A stretch of 64,000 nt of DNA from Pseudomonadota bacterium (GTDB taxonomy: Bacteria; Bdellovibrionota_B; Oligoflexia; Oligoflexales; CAIMVM01): contig JBAXBA010000008.1 of the NCBI GenBank assembly GCA_037142195.1, forward strand, positions 1 to 64,000. The letters are read 5' to 3'. The position numbers and the translations under genes are program-made. The notes beneath the pieces are model-generated. The model made no database searches and was not told the DNA's origin. It saw nothing but the letters and a program-made list of their open reading frames with translations. Positions 37,874 through 48,242 of the stretch are shown here, piece by piece (the first letter of the stretch is position 1; the number at the start of each line of letters is the position of its first letter).

Positions 37874-39361
37874 TTGACACAAACCTATTTTTTAATGATA
37901 AAGTCAAGCCGTGAGCTGAAGAATTGCTCGTCAAATGTGCTTTGTGAGGGTTTCTCTTTGATTGAAAAATTTTTAGAAATATCTTCAGAGCCTATGGTTG
38001 TTTTTGACCGCAACGGTGAAGTGTGTTGTAGGAATTCTGCTTCCAAGAAGTGGATGTCTTCTGAAAGAGATGAGTCGTTTCTGCGCGCATCACTTCAAAA
38101 TTGGGCGCTTCATTCAAGTAAAGAAAAATCTATAATTGTTAGCCTCTACGATGCGTCTCAGGCATGCACCATACTTCCCGTGGACTATAGAGGTGAACCG
38201 TGCTTTTTACTTAAAGCACCAAAGATGGAAGAATTAGAAGCACAAAATGCGAAATTTAAGCAAGCATTAATTGAGTTTAAATACGCCATGGATCAGTCGG
38301 TCATTATTGGCATTACGGATTCTAAAGGAACGATTACTTTCGTGAATGATTTGTTTTGCTCGATTTCTGGGTATAGACAAGAAGAGTTACTGGGACAGAA
38401 TCATAGAGTCTTAAACTCTAATAACCATCAGAAACAATTCTTTAATGAGATGTGGTCGACCATAAGCCGAGGTAAAGTCTGGCGAGGAAATATCAGAAAC
38501 CGCGCTAAATCGGGACAGCATTACTGGGTGGCTACAACCATTGTCCCTACCTTGGATTCCACGGGTCGACCTGAACGTTATATATCCATTCGCTATGATA
38601 TCACGGAGAGTGTTTTGGCTGAAGAAGCGCTGCATGAGGAACGCGCTAAGTTAGCTTATACAGAAAGAATGGTAAGTCTTGGTGAACTAGCTGCAGGGAT
38701 CGCCCATGAAATCGGAAATCCGCTCGCCTCTATTCATTCTTGGCTTGAAGTTTTAACTTCGGCCCTTAAAGCTGGGACCCTGGAAGAAATCGATATTGTT
38801 TCCACAGCAGAGTCCGTGATGAAAAAAAGTGAACGGATGTCAAAAATTTTGCGTTCCATGCTGACTTTTGCTCGTGATGGCTCTCGCGATCCATGTTCTA
38901 TGGTCAATATAGCTCAATTAGTGGAAGACGTGATTGACTATACATCCTATACTTTAAACAAGAATATGATTTCCGTTCGTTTTGAGCAAGCTCATCAGTT
39001 TTTACCCTACTATTGTCGAGAAACAGAGATTTCCCAGGTCTTGGTGAATTTGATTATTAACGCCTGTGATGCTGTATGCAAACTTGACGAGCGCTGGATT
39101 GAAATAAAAATTGAAGTTTTAGATTCTCAATTTGTGATTTCCGTTACAGATAGTGGAAGTAGCATCTCTCCTGATATGGTGAATCAAATTATGCAGCCTT
39201 TCTTTACGACAAAAGGTCCAGGAAAAGGCACCGGTCTTGGTCTTAATATTGCACAATCCATTGTAGCTGGGCATGGTGGGCGCCTGGAACTAGATCCTGC
39301 ATCGCCCCACACAAAATTTGATATTGTTCTGCCTCTAAAGAAAGAGTCAGATAAAGAGTAA
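37874..39361 (+). CDS. Cytoplasmic PAS-domain sensor histidine kinase (NtrB-like)
   Basis: Aer/NifL-like PAS (VNDLFCSISGY..GQNH..EMW..WRGNIRNRAKSGQHYWV); H-box AHEIGNPL; NLIINA; DSG; FFTTK; GTGLGL; true start possibly TTG at 37958. Confidence 0.92.
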   Translation: MTQTYFLMIKSSRELKNCSSNVLCEGFSLIEKFLEISSEPMVVFDRNGEVCCRNSASKKWMSSERDESFLRASLQNWALHSSKEKSIIVSLYDASQACTILPVDYRGEPCFLLKAPKMEELEAQNAKFKQALIEFKYAMDQSVIIGITDSKGTITFVNDLFCSISGYRQEELLGQNHRVLNSNNHQKQFFNEMWSTISRGKVWRGNIRNRAKSGQHYWVATTIVPTLDSTGRPERYISIRYDITESVLAEEALHEERAKLAYTERMVSLGELAAGIAHEIGNPLASIHSWLEVLTSALKAGTLEEIDIVSTAESVMKKSERMSKILRSMLTFARDGSRDPCSMVNIAQLVEDVIDYTSYTLNKNMISVRFEQAHQFLPYYCRETEISQVLVNLIINACDAVCKLDERWIEIKIEVLDSQFVISVTDSGSSISPDMVNQIMQPFFTTKGPGKGTGLGLNIAQSIVAGHGGRLELDPASPHTKFDIVLPLKKESDKE

Positions 39362-39481
39362 AAGGGAGAAGATATCAGCGATTAAGCCAGCTTCAACAGA
39401 TTGCAGGAATGGTCCGTAGCCATTTCTTATGGCTTGTCAGACTCTCCGTTCGAGAGATTCCTAAACATATGAAGCTTTTTA

Positions 39482-39523
39482 GAACAAAGGGCTTCAGGTT
39501 TTGCAGCCTAAAGCCCTTTGTTC
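39482..39523. terminator. Probable bidirectional terminator hairpin
   Basis: GAACAAAGGGCTT...AAGCCCTTTGTTC between convergent genes. Confidence 0.7.
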
Positions 39524-39535
39524 GTTTTAAGGGTT

Positions 39536-40741
39536 CTATTTTTTGATGAGTTTTTTAAGCTCGCTTAGCTTTTTTAAGTCAGCGCTAGGAACATAAACTC
39601 CTAAGGATCCGGAGTTTTGATAGTAGATGTTTGATTCTAGAGAGGTATAGGCGTTTTGGGCGAAAAGAGAATCTGGCGCAGTATGTATGGCCTTCTCAAG
39701 GAAGAAATTGGCCTTTGACACCTGCAAGGGTCTATTAATGGAGAGCTCTGAAATTCCGAGAAGATAATAGGCTTCTGCTTGGTCTGATGAAGACAATTTA
39801 TTATGTGACAAGATAAACTGTAAGTGTTTCGCTCCTAGGATATTTGCAACTACTCCTGCCGAGTCTAAAGGAAATGAACTTAGGGTTTTGCCTTTAGAAA
39901 TGAGTTTTTCGGTGTCTGCAACTGAGTTGATGTCCTCTGGTCGATAGTCTTTTAAAAGAGCAATCCACTTGCCTATGTTCATGCGAAGAGAGAACGGCAC
40001 GCTAGGATCGAATCCAAGGAGATCTAGAGTCTTGATGACTCGCGCCACATCGGATTTTACCTTAAGGGCTACGATCATATAGTCGACGATATACCCTTCC
40101 ATTAATACCGGAGACTGCATAGAAAATTCCTTTGGACTAAGTGCCTGTTCATAGAGATCTAACGCTTCCGAAAACTCTCTAATAGCTGTCTTGAGCTCAG
40201 CAAGTTCTATTGTGGAAAGGCCCTTTTGATTTACTTTAGTAAATAATTTGGGCTGGCTAGAGTCATTTGTTGCCGCTTCGCGAGTATGACATGAGATGCA
40301 GTTTGTAGAAAGATTTCTGAAAATAAACTGAGCTTCTCGACTTCGTCCTGCCTGCCAAGCGGTGTTCATGTCTTTAATGTCTTGTTTAAAATTGGATCCA
40401 ATATAATCAAATTCGATGTCTTTGGTGTGGGCTACTAATTCGTCTGATATCTTGTCTAGTTTTTTTAATCCGCGCTCGATAGTGGCTGAATTTTCTTTAG
40501 CTGAAAACTTTTGAATGGAAACGCTCAACGGAAGGATTTCCGAAAATACGCCGTAAACCTCTCCCATAAGGGATTTTGTGGAAGGGGTCTGGGGAGCCTT
40601 CTTGGATTTTTCCGAGGCGCTTTTTTTCTGAGTCGAGGGCCCTGTCTTTTCGCCGGACTTTGTGGGAGGTTGGTCAGCTGCGTGAGTGAGGGCTGAATTC
40701 AATATCAAAAAAACGGAAGCGACTGCAATCAAGTAATTCAT
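39536..40741 (-). CDS. Exported monoheme c-type cytochrome with TPR-like C-terminal region
   Basis: Signal peptide; CISCH at the end of a helical domain; AEAYYLLGISE..FLEKAIHTAPDS. Confidence 0.7.
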   Translation of the reverse strand: MNYLIAVASVFLILNSALTHAADQPPTKSGEKTGPSTQKKSASEKSKKAPQTPSTKSLMGEVYGVFSEILPLSVSIQKFSAKENSATIERGLKKLDKISDELVAHTKDIEFDYIGSNFKQDIKDMNTAWQAGRSREAQFIFRNLSTNCISCHTREAATNDSSQPKLFTKVNQKGLSTIELAELKTAIREFSEALDLYEQALSPKEFSMQSPVLMEGYIVDYMIVALKVKSDVARVIKTLDLLGFDPSVPFSLRMNIGKWIALLKDYRPEDINSVADTEKLISKGKTLSSFPLDSAGVVANILGAKHLQFILSHNKLSSSDQAEAYYLLGISELSINRPLQVSKANFFLEKAIHTAPDSLFAQNAYTSLESNIYYQNSGSLGVYVPSADLKKLSELKKLIKK

Positions 40742-40765
40742 TTTAAACTCCCCTGGGTTTTTGTT

Positions 40766-42079
40766 TTATATATAGCCATTTTTCTTGGCTTTATACTTTA
40801 AGTCGTCTCTGAACTCTGGATGAGCAATGGATATTAAGGCAGTGACTCTTTCAGCGACAGATCTTCCGCGTAGTCTTGCAACACCGTACTCAGTAACGAT
40901 GGTATCGACGTCATTTCGAGATATAGAAACCTTGGCACCTGGATTGAGTTCAAAAACAATTTTAGAATGGTCGCGACTTTTAGAATTCATAGCGATGATT
41001 CCCTGGCCGCCTTCTGCTCTCTGGGCGCCTAAGTGGGTGTCGGCGGCGCCACCTACGCCGCTAACCTCTTGGTGTCCAATGGATTCCGATACTACTTGTC
41101 CCGTGATGTCGATTTCAATAGCTGTATTGATCGAGGTCATGAGGTGATTGCGACCAATGCGGTAAGGATCGTTAACTACGGAGGCAGGGTGCAGCTCAAC
41201 GAGGGGGTTTCCTGACAGAAAGTTATAAAGTTTTTGGGTGCCATAAGCAAAGGCGCCGACCATTTTACCGGGCCAAAGAGTCTTATGGGCCCCCGTGATG
41301 ACTCCTTTTTCCACGAGTTCCATCATCGTATCATTGATCATTTCTGTATGGATACCTAGGTCATTCTTTGCGTAAAGGGCTTCACCAAGAGCGTCCGGAA
41401 TAGAGCCGATGCCTAGCTGTAAAGTCGCACCATCGGGAATGAGATCTGCGACGAGTTCACCAATTTTGCGATCATTTACGGTTAACACGGGGCGTGTTAG
41501 GGTCGGAAGTTCCGCTGGATTCCATATGAAGAAATCCACATCATGAAGGGAAACCGTCGTGGCGCCATAGGTCATAGGCACGTGGGGGTTGACTTCTAAA
41601 ATCACAATCTTTGCTACTCTGAGGGCTTCGCATTCATAGCAGGCACCTGTACCTAAGCTCACGAAGCCTCTATTATCTGGAAGTGAGCAGCTTCCCCAGA
41701 AAATATCAATCGACCCCCGGCTTTTCAGGTTTTGAATCCATTGAGACAAATGTTGAGGAACATAATGCAAGGTGTTGTGACCTTGGTGGGCTCGAACGGC
41801 AGGCGTCAAGAACATGATAGAGGAATGAATATGGCCCTCTAAACTCTCCTCGGTAAAAACATCATAGGGCTTCGAGGGGTTGGCGCAATAGAGTTCAATT
41901 TGACTCAGCGACTTCGCTCTAGAAGCGATTTGCCCTAAAAAGCCCTGGGGCTCAGCGGCTGCCATCGATGACACAATGCGGTCGTTTGATTTTACAAGCG
42001 CTAATGCGGAAGGGATGTCGATGAGTTTGGAGCCTAAGATTTCAGAAATTTCAACAGGAATGGTCACGGGTATCCTCAA
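40766..42079 (-). CDS. Acetyl-CoA hydrolase/transferase (4-hydroxybutyrate CoA-transferase-like)
   Basis: DGATLQLGIGSIPDA, LGIHTEM, SINTAIEIDITGQV, SGVGG, VTEYGVA, IAHPEFR. Confidence 0.92.
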   Translation of the reverse strand: MRIPVTIPVEISEILGSKLIDIPSALALVKSNDRIVSSMAAAEPQGFLGQIASRAKSLSQIELYCANPSKPYDVFTEESLEGHIHSSIMFLTPAVRAHQGHNTLHYVPQHLSQWIQNLKSRGSIDIFWGSCSLPDNRGFVSLGTGACYECEALRVAKIVILEVNPHVPMTYGATTVSLHDVDFFIWNPAELPTLTRPVLTVNDRKIGELVADLIPDGATLQLGIGSIPDALGEALYAKNDLGIHTEMINDTMMELVEKGVITGAHKTLWPGKMVGAFAYGTQKLYNFLSGNPLVELHPASVVNDPYRIGRNHLMTSINTAIEIDITGQVVSESIGHQEVSGVGGAADTHLGAQRAEGGQGIIAMNSKSRDHSKIVFELNPGAKVSISRNDVDTIVTEYGVARLRGRSVAERVTALISIAHPEFRDDLKYKAKKNGYI

Positions 42080-43548
42080 TTAAGTAAGCCATATTTATCA
42101 AGTCTATAGCGCAGGGTGTGTCTTGTGATTCCCAGCAACTTGGAAGCTTTGGTTTGATTGTTTCTGGCACGGTCTAAGGCTTGAAGAAGCAGGCTTCTCT
42201 CAATCTCTTCTAAAGAGACACCAGAATCTGGGAGGATCATATTTGTGGCTTCCAAGTCGGATCCTTTTTTTGAAGGAATGGCGTTCTCCATTATACTAGG
42301 ATGGGTTGGGGGTGCAATTCCATTGTTTTTTTGATGTAGAGCTTCTTCTAGCAGCAAGTGTTTAGGGCTAAGAAGGTCTGGCTCAAACAAAACCAGGGCT
42401 CTCTTAATCGCATTCTTGAGCTCTCGAATATTTCCAGGCCAACTATGGGCCTCTAAAAACCTAAAGGTCTCTGAGGAAATGAGTGGCTTTTTGATTTCTA
42501 GTTCCTTGGCAACTTGCTCGACTAAATGCTCCGTCAAATAAGGGATGTCTGAAATGCGCTCTGCAAGGCTGGGGACTTTGATGTTGATTACATTAAGGCG
42601 GTAGTAGAGATCCGTTCGAAATTGTTCATTTCCTATTTCGCTAAGCAAATTGCGATTGGTGGCCGCAACGATTCTTGCGGGAAGTTCTATGTCTTTGGTT
42701 CCTCCTAGGCGCTTAAATCTTTTGTATTCTAGTACGCGAAGCAATTTAGCTTGAATCTTTAGGGGCATTTCTCCGATTTCATCAAGAAATATAGTGCCAG
42801 ATTTTGCAATTTCAAGGAGTCCTAATTTTCGCTCTCTTGCATCTGTAAAGGCTCCCTTCTCATAGCCAAAAAGCTCACTCTCGAGCAAGTTCTCCGGGAT
42901 GCTGGCGCAGTTGATTTCCACGAAAGGTTGATTGGCCCTGGAAGACCAAGTGTGGAGTGCTCTTGCCGCGAGCTCTTTTCCCGTTCCACTCGGACCTGTG
43001 ATGAGAACCGTATCTACTTTACTCGTGGCAATGCGCTGCAATTGGAGGACCAGTTCTTTCATGCAGGGATGTTCGCCAATGATTTTAAACTCGCCTAAAT
43101 CGCGTTCTCTGCCTTGGAAGCTAGAAACTTTTTGTCTAAGACTGGACACTTCACCGGCACGCTGTACGGCGGCAATTAAATTTTTGAAATCAAACGGTTT
43201 CTGTAAGTAGTCAAACGCCCCCAGTCGTAAGGCGGAGATGGCGGAGTTCACGGCGCTGTGCGCAGTAATTAAAATGACAGGGACCTCAGGCCGCTCTTTT
43301 TTCCAGGTAGTCAAAAGATCAAGCCCATTCCCATCGGGGAGACGAAGATCGGATATGACGAGGTCGGGACCAAAGGTTCTGAAACGATCGAGGGCGTCCC
43401 GGCAGTTTCCTGCGCGAATTACTTCGGCGCCTTTGGATTTTAGTTCGGTTTCAATGCTCCATGCCAAGATGTCTTCATCATCGACAATCAAAATTTTGAG
43501 TCCCATTAGGAATTTGATGGAATTGTGATCACTGGGATGGTCAGACAT
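42076..43548 (-). CDS. Sigma54-dependent response regulator (NtrC/AtoC family)
   Basis: Receiver domain (SDLRLPDGNG); GPSGTGKE; ESELFGYEKGAFTDA; FLDEIGE; WPGNIREL; Fis-type HTH. Confidence 0.95.
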   Translation of the reverse strand: MSDHPSDHNSIKFLMGLKILIVDDEDILAWSIETELKSKGAEVIRAGNCRDALDRFRTFGPDLVISDLRLPDGNGLDLLTTWKKERPEVPVILITAHSAVNSAISALRLGAFDYLQKPFDFKNLIAAVQRAGEVSSLRQKVSSFQGRERDLGEFKIIGEHPCMKELVLQLQRIATSKVDTVLITGPSGTGKELAARALHTWSSRANQPFVEINCASIPENLLESELFGYEKGAFTDARERKLGLLEIAKSGTIFLDEIGEMPLKIQAKLLRVLEYKRFKRLGGTKDIELPARIVAATNRNLLSEIGNEQFRTDLYYRLNVINIKVPSLAERISDIPYLTEHLVEQVAKELEIKKPLISSETFRFLEAHSWPGNIRELKNAIKRALVLFEPDLLSPKHLLLEEALHQKNNGIAPPTHPSIMENAIPSKKGSDLEATNMILPDSGVSLEEIERSLLLQALDRARNNQTKASKLLGITRHTLRYRLDKYGLLN

Positions 43549-43766
43549 GCTTGGGATCTCCGGAAAAAATAATAAGTACCGATCTAAGCAATCTAGATGC
43601 CAATACAATTGATCCGTATTTTCAGAGTATTGGAAAAGAGGCCAAAGCGTCGGAGTGCTATATTGCTCCATATGCGTTATATGGCACAATTGGAAAAAGC
43701 GCAATTATCTCCTTTTTGGGGCGACATTACGGTAAGAATTTGCTGCAATTGCTGGGGGTTGCTAAG

Positions 43767-43782
43767 TGCGCAATATGGCGCA
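43767..43782. promoter_or_regulatory. Candidate enhancer (bEBP binding site)
   Basis: Inverted repeat TGCGC-N6-GCGCA about 50 bp upstream of the -24 element; related GCGTTATATGGCAC at 43674. Confidence 0.4.
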
Positions 43783-43832
43783 AAATAGCGAGCCCTGTTT
43801 CAAGTTTGCCCCTGATTTCGGGGGGTTAGCGT

Positions 43833-43849
43833 CCGGCATAAGTATTGCT
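43833..43849 (+). promoter_or_regulatory. Sigma54 -24/-12 promoter of the USP gene
   Basis: CCGGCATAAGTATTGCT: GG-N10-GC with GGCA and TTGC, close to YTGGCAC-N5-TTGCW; divergent from a sigma54 activator gene. Confidence 0.7.
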
Positions 43850-43891
43850 GAGATAGCTTAACTGGTGTTTTCAGTTAAAAAAGGGGTGTCT

Positions 43892-44827
43892 ATGTTAATT
43901 CTACGACCAAATGGGCTCTTGGTTGCTGCCGTGCAGTTAGATAGTCGAGCCGTTGAGTTTCTTCAGGGTGCTGTGAAAATTGCTGAAAAGCTAAAGTCTA
44001 GTTTGGATATCGTACATGTGGTGGAACCTGTAAATGACTACTACATTGGCAGCCTCTATGGAGTGGCTTCCATTCAAACAGAGCTTATTTTTGAGCTAGA
44101 AAGAGATCGGCGAGCGAGTGCAGAGCTAGCGTTACAAAAAATAGTTAGCGATTTAAATTCTAAAACCATTAGACGATTTAAGGTTCTTGTCGGCATACCA
44201 GATGTGGCGGTTTTAGATTATGTGAAAAATGAGAAGGCCGATGGGGTTGTCGTAGGTGCTTCTGCTGGTAATTACGGTTTTGTTCCATCTAGATTTTCAA
44301 ACGCACTGTCTATGGTTCGTCAGGCATTTTGTCCAGTAATTGTCATTCCTCCTAACGTTGTGGTCGATAGTTCCTCTGATCGTCTCAGTTTTCTTTTGGC
44401 TGATGATTTGACGGAAGCTTCGAAGGCAGCGGTTGTTTTTACCCATAGGCTGCAAAGGTCTTTTGCAGATTCTAAGGTATTGCACGCCCATGTTGTGCGT
44501 GAAGACTTTAATTTGGATTCTGAAGAGTTCCTAAAGGCACTTGGAAAGAAGCCAAATCCGGAGGTTATTTCCGAACGGATTCAGTCACAGCTGGCAGTTC
44601 GCTTTGGTTTTATGGATGAGATTTCTAAAGGTGAGAACCCCTACGAGGGATGCGTTTGCTTTGGGAGAGTAGGTGATGAGCTCTTGAGTTTGACGCAAAG
44701 AAAGAATCCGGACTTTATTGTTTTTGGTCCTCATCACGTTTTTAGGATGAATCCTTTGGGTTTTGGAGCCATGTCCTGGACTGAAATTTTACATTCTGCT
44801 AAGCCAGTGATCTTAGTACCCGCATGA
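43892..44827 (+). CDS. Universal stress protein (tandem USP domains)
   Basis: LDIVHVVEP, ADGVVVGAS, AFCPVIVIP; second domain LADDLTEAS..HAHVV..DFIVFG..KPVILVP. Confidence 0.88.
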   Translation: MLILRPNGLLVAAVQLDSRAVEFLQGAVKIAEKLKSSLDIVHVVEPVNDYYIGSLYGVASIQTELIFELERDRRASAELALQKIVSDLNSKTIRRFKVLVGIPDVAVLDYVKNEKADGVVVGASAGNYGFVPSRFSNALSMVRQAFCPVIVIPPNVVVDSSSDRLSFLLADDLTEASKAAVVFTHRLQRSFADSKVLHAHVVREDFNLDSEEFLKALGKKPNPEVISERIQSQLAVRFGFMDEISKGENPYEGCVCFGRVGDELLSLTQRKNPDFIVFGPHHVFRMNPLGFGAMSWTEILHSAKPVILVPA

Positions 44828-44851
44828 TTCTAATCTGAGATTTCCAACCAA

Positions 44852-44898
44852 GCAGGGCGTTTCCTTGAACTTCTAGAGTTATTTTCAAGGAACCCTGC
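44852..44898. terminator. Hairpin after the USP gene
   Basis: GCAGGG..TTCCTTGAA...TTCAAGGAACCCTGC. Confidence 0.55.
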
Positions 44899-45158
44899 CT
44901 GATGGATATAAGAGTTCATTGGGCGAGGTTGCGCATCGCTAAAAGTCCTTTTTGGTTCCAGCTGTTTTTGGGCCTGGGCAAGTTTATGGCTTCGTAGGGG
45001 CCTACCCAGAGCGCTAGACGCCTTTTCCTTAATTGTTTTGAGTGATGTGTAACAGGAATCGCTGGAAGAACTTGGGCCTCAAATCCAAGAGCTGAGTTAA
45101 TACTTTGTCCACATCGGACATGAAATTCTAGTATTAGGGATTCAAGGATAGTAGTCTT

Positions 45159-46319
45159 TCAAGCACTATGCCTCACGCTTGGTTCTAGCTTTTTAAGCAG
45201 TCTATAGAATAGCAAGAGTGTGAAGAAGAGCGTGATGGGTATGAACCAATAGGCTTGTGCGGAGCCTAGAATCTCTGCTAACTGACCAACGCCTAGATTC
45301 ATAGCCATAAGGGCTATTTGGAGAGACACAATCAGCCATATGGACATGCTCCGCCACTCTTCCGGATAGTGGCGACTTACCATGGAAAAATACATCGGGA
45401 AAAAAGGGCCAAAGCAACCGGCCAAAGGGAGAAGCCAAAAACTACCACCTAGCTGTACGGTGATGACAACAACCCCTGGAATCACGAGTGAAGCCCACAT
45501 CAAGGTGTTCCGATAGGTTGCGCTTGCAAAGAAAAAGCAAAGAAGTCGCGTCACCATCATAACGCCAAAAAATCCAGATGTAATAGGCGAGGACTGTTCT
45601 ACGGAAAGGCCAAATTTGGCGGATAAATATGTGGCCATCCACATGCTGCAAGCAACCTCGCTTGACACGTATCCCATAAAAGTTAAAAATACCTGCAATT
45701 TCATGCTATCAAATTTAAGTCTTTGGCCCCCTGTTTCAGGTGCAGGCCCGTGTTCTTCTATTCCAAACTTAATCCATAGGAAAAGGCCTAGTGCCAGGGG
45801 GGCCATTCCTATAATAAGAAGGCTCCATGGCCAGTGTTTGCTTATGACGAGAGCCACTGCAAGAGGAGCCAGCATAGAGCCAATGCCATACATCATTTGT
45901 TGGCCAGATAACACTCGGGGTTGATCCTTAAGAGGGGTGCCTCTCACGACAAAAACATTGGAAAGAGCACCACAAAGTGAAGTTGAAAGTCCAAAATAAA
46001 GAGACATTGCGGTCGAGCCAAAACCTAATTGGCTCATGCGAATGGCAAACCAGCCTAAGGCTAAAAGAAGGACAGCGCCCATAGCAGTTCTTCGCTCTGA
46101 TAAGCGCTGCATGAGGGGTATTAATAAGAAGGTTCCTAGAATCGCAGCAAGATTACCCACGGCGAGAAAGCCGCCGAGATCTGCAAGATTTAAACCCAAA
46201 TCTTTAGAAATGAGAGGGAGTAGGGGGCCTCTAAGGTTGTCTAAAAAGGCGCCAAATAAGAGCAAAAGAGCCCCAAGGACTTGCCAGATTCTTTTGGGAT
46301 GCTCTAAAGAAGATTGCAC
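45159..46319 (-). CDS. MFS transporter (FucP/TsgA-like)
   Basis: About 12 TM segments; GPLLPLI; YGIGSMLAP; YVSSE..WMATY. Confidence 0.85.
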   Translation of the reverse strand: MQSSLEHPKRIWQVLGALLLLFGAFLDNLRGPLLPLISKDLGLNLADLGGFLAVGNLAAILGTFLLIPLMQRLSERRTAMGAVLLLALGWFAIRMSQLGFGSTAMSLYFGLSTSLCGALSNVFVVRGTPLKDQPRVLSGQQMMYGIGSMLAPLAVALVISKHWPWSLLIIGMAPLALGLFLWIKFGIEEHGPAPETGGQRLKFDSMKLQVFLTFMGYVSSEVACSMWMATYLSAKFGLSVEQSSPITSGFFGVMMVTRLLCFFFASATYRNTLMWASLVIPGVVVITVQLGGSFWLLPLAGCFGPFFPMYFSMVSRHYPEEWRSMSIWLIVSLQIALMAMNLGVGQLAEILGSAQAYWFIPITLFFTLLLFYRLLKKLEPSVRHSA

Positions 46320-46329
46320 ATGTCCTCGG

Positions 46330-48186
46330 TTATTTGGGAGCCTCTACACGACACTTCAAACTGGGCTGTAGAATAGTCACCAAAAAAGGATTTGTCCAAT
46401 TATTACTGGTGGGAATGAAAGAGCAAGTGGAGCTCGTGCTTTCACCTTTAGCGGTTAGCGTAAAGGTGTAGGGTTTGTTTTCGATAAGATCCTGAATTTG
46501 AACCTTTACTCCGGGTGGTATCACTCCAGAAGCCAGGTTTCTCCCGAATTTAAAGTTTAGCGATTGGTTTCCCTCGGCCTGAAGAACCACAGGGGCGGAC
46601 TTGCTGTTCTTTTTAAGAACAACATTTACTGTCTTTACCGAGCCTGCCGTAACTTTAACCAGGAGTTTCTTGGTTTCAAACCCGTCCCGAGAAAAACTGT
46701 ATTCATAGCTCCCTGTGGGGAGTTCCAAATTGGAGGGGCCCAACATATAGTCACCATCCCCTAAGGCGTTTTTGCCTTGGCTGATCATCATTCTCTCCGG
46801 CGTGAGGCTGAAAGAGATTTTACCGGTAGTGATTTTGGCGCTCATATAATTCATATACCCTAGCATAATTAAAAAGATGCCAGCTGAGGCCACGATGATT
46901 CTAGCAAGAGTCGCAAATCCACTGACGCGAGAGGCCTTTTTGCCAATCCTGACGCCTGAACCGCCATGGGAAGAGCGAAATTCTTGTCTAGGAACGGAAG
47001 ATCTTAAATCGTTGTTCTTGGTTCTAAGGGAGTGCTGGGCCGGGATATGGTTAAGAAGCTTGGAGTTAAATCCAATTGCTGTGATGGGAGTTTCTTGATT
47101 TTCCCTAGGTGAAGAATCTTTAGAGGAGGAGTCTTTAGAGTCTGGGGTTTCTACGGATTTGTTTTTGTCGTGGGTGGACCCACGTTCAGAGTATTTGGCA
47201 TCGTGACTTGGTTTTTCAACAGAACTCAGCGTTTCTTTAACATTTTCCTGAACCTCTTCAAACTTTGCCGCCATTGTGGTTTTTATAAATTTAGAAAGCT
47301 CCGAGGGCTCAAAAGTGGGGTACTGGGCAACTAAGAATTGTCTGAGGGCTAATTCAAAGTCTTCAATTGTCTTCCAGCGTTCCTTCAGGTCTTTTTTGAG
47401 CGCTTTGCCAATGATGACTTTAAGGTCAGGGTGGATCTCGTCAGTGCCGTTGTATTTAAAGCTGCTGGGAATTTTGCAGTTCTTAACCATATCAATCGTT
47501 GTAGCATCGTTGTCACTGTGGAAGAGTCTCCGCATGGCTATGGCTTCCCACAGGACGACTCCTAAGGCAAAAACATCAGTTCTATTATCAACGGGCTTAG
47601 CGCTGATCTGTTCAGGAGACATATAGGCATATTTGCCTTTAACTATGCCAGGTTTGGTCTCATTAAGCTTGGAGTCGGCTTCCGCAATGCCGAAGTCGGT
47701 AACTTTGATCTCTCCAGAGAAAGAAACCATGAGGTTTTGTGGAGATATATCTCGGTGAACAATACCAAGCCCTTTGCCTGTTTTTTCATCGATGCGGGTA
47801 TGGGCGTAGTGGAGACCTCTTGCCGCCTCTGCTCCGATCCAGCAGATCATGGGAATTGTTAAAGCTTTTCTTGACTTCTCGCAGGCCGCCAGCAAGGCTC
47901 TTAAATCTGAGCCGGCTATAAACTCCATGATGATAGCCCAAGATCCATCTACCTCTTGAAAGTCTTCCACTTGAACAATATTGGGATGGGAAAGAGTTTG
48001 GCAAAGTCTCGCCTCATCGCGAAACATATCAATAAATTCTTTTTCCGAAGCAAAATGGGGGAGAATTCTTTTGACACAACAGATTCGCAAAAAGCCGTCT
48101 CTATTACGCTTAGACGCTAAGAAAATCTCAGCCATCCCGCCGCGAGCGATTTTTTTTGCTAATTTATACTTGGGGGTCCTGCTCAT
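46330..48186 (-). CDS. Ser/Thr protein kinase (myxobacterial type) with TM segment and PEGA-like domain
   Basis: IARGGMAEIF, KRILP, HRDISPQN, DFGIA, GKYAYMSPEQ; TM; LPTGSYEYSFSRDGF. Confidence 0.92.
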   Translation of the reverse strand: MSRTPKYKLAKKIARGGMAEIFLASKRNRDGFLRICCVKRILPHFASEKEFIDMFRDEARLCQTLSHPNIVQVEDFQEVDGSWAIIMEFIAGSDLRALLAACEKSRKALTIPMICWIGAEAARGLHYAHTRIDEKTGKGLGIVHRDISPQNLMVSFSGEIKVTDFGIAEADSKLNETKPGIVKGKYAYMSPEQISAKPVDNRTDVFALGVVLWEAIAMRRLFHSDNDATTIDMVKNCKIPSSFKYNGTDEIHPDLKVIIGKALKKDLKERWKTIEDFELALRQFLVAQYPTFEPSELSKFIKTTMAAKFEEVQENVKETLSSVEKPSHDAKYSERGSTHDKNKSVETPDSKDSSSKDSSPRENQETPITAIGFNSKLLNHIPAQHSLRTKNNDLRSSVPRQEFRSSHGGSGVRIGKKASRVSGFATLARIIVASAGIFLIMLGYMNYMSAKITTGKISFSLTPERMMISQGKNALGDGDYMLGPSNLELPTGSYEYSFSRDGFETKKLLVKVTAGSVKTVNVVLKKNSKSAPVVLQAEGNQSLNFKFGRNLASGVIPPGVKVQIQDLIENKPYTFTLTAKGESTSSTCSFIPTSNNWTNPFLVTILQPSLKCRVEAPK

Positions 48187-48215
48187 TAGATAATCATTCT
48201 CCAGTCTGTAACTTG

Positions 48216-48242
48216 GTTTCGGACGTATTTAGAAAAATATGA
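48216..48242 (-). promoter_or_regulatory. Putative sigma28-type promoter
   Basis: Minus strand TCAT-N15-TCCGAAAC, 30 nt upstream of the kinase ATG; same layout as before the other kinase. Confidence 0.4.
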
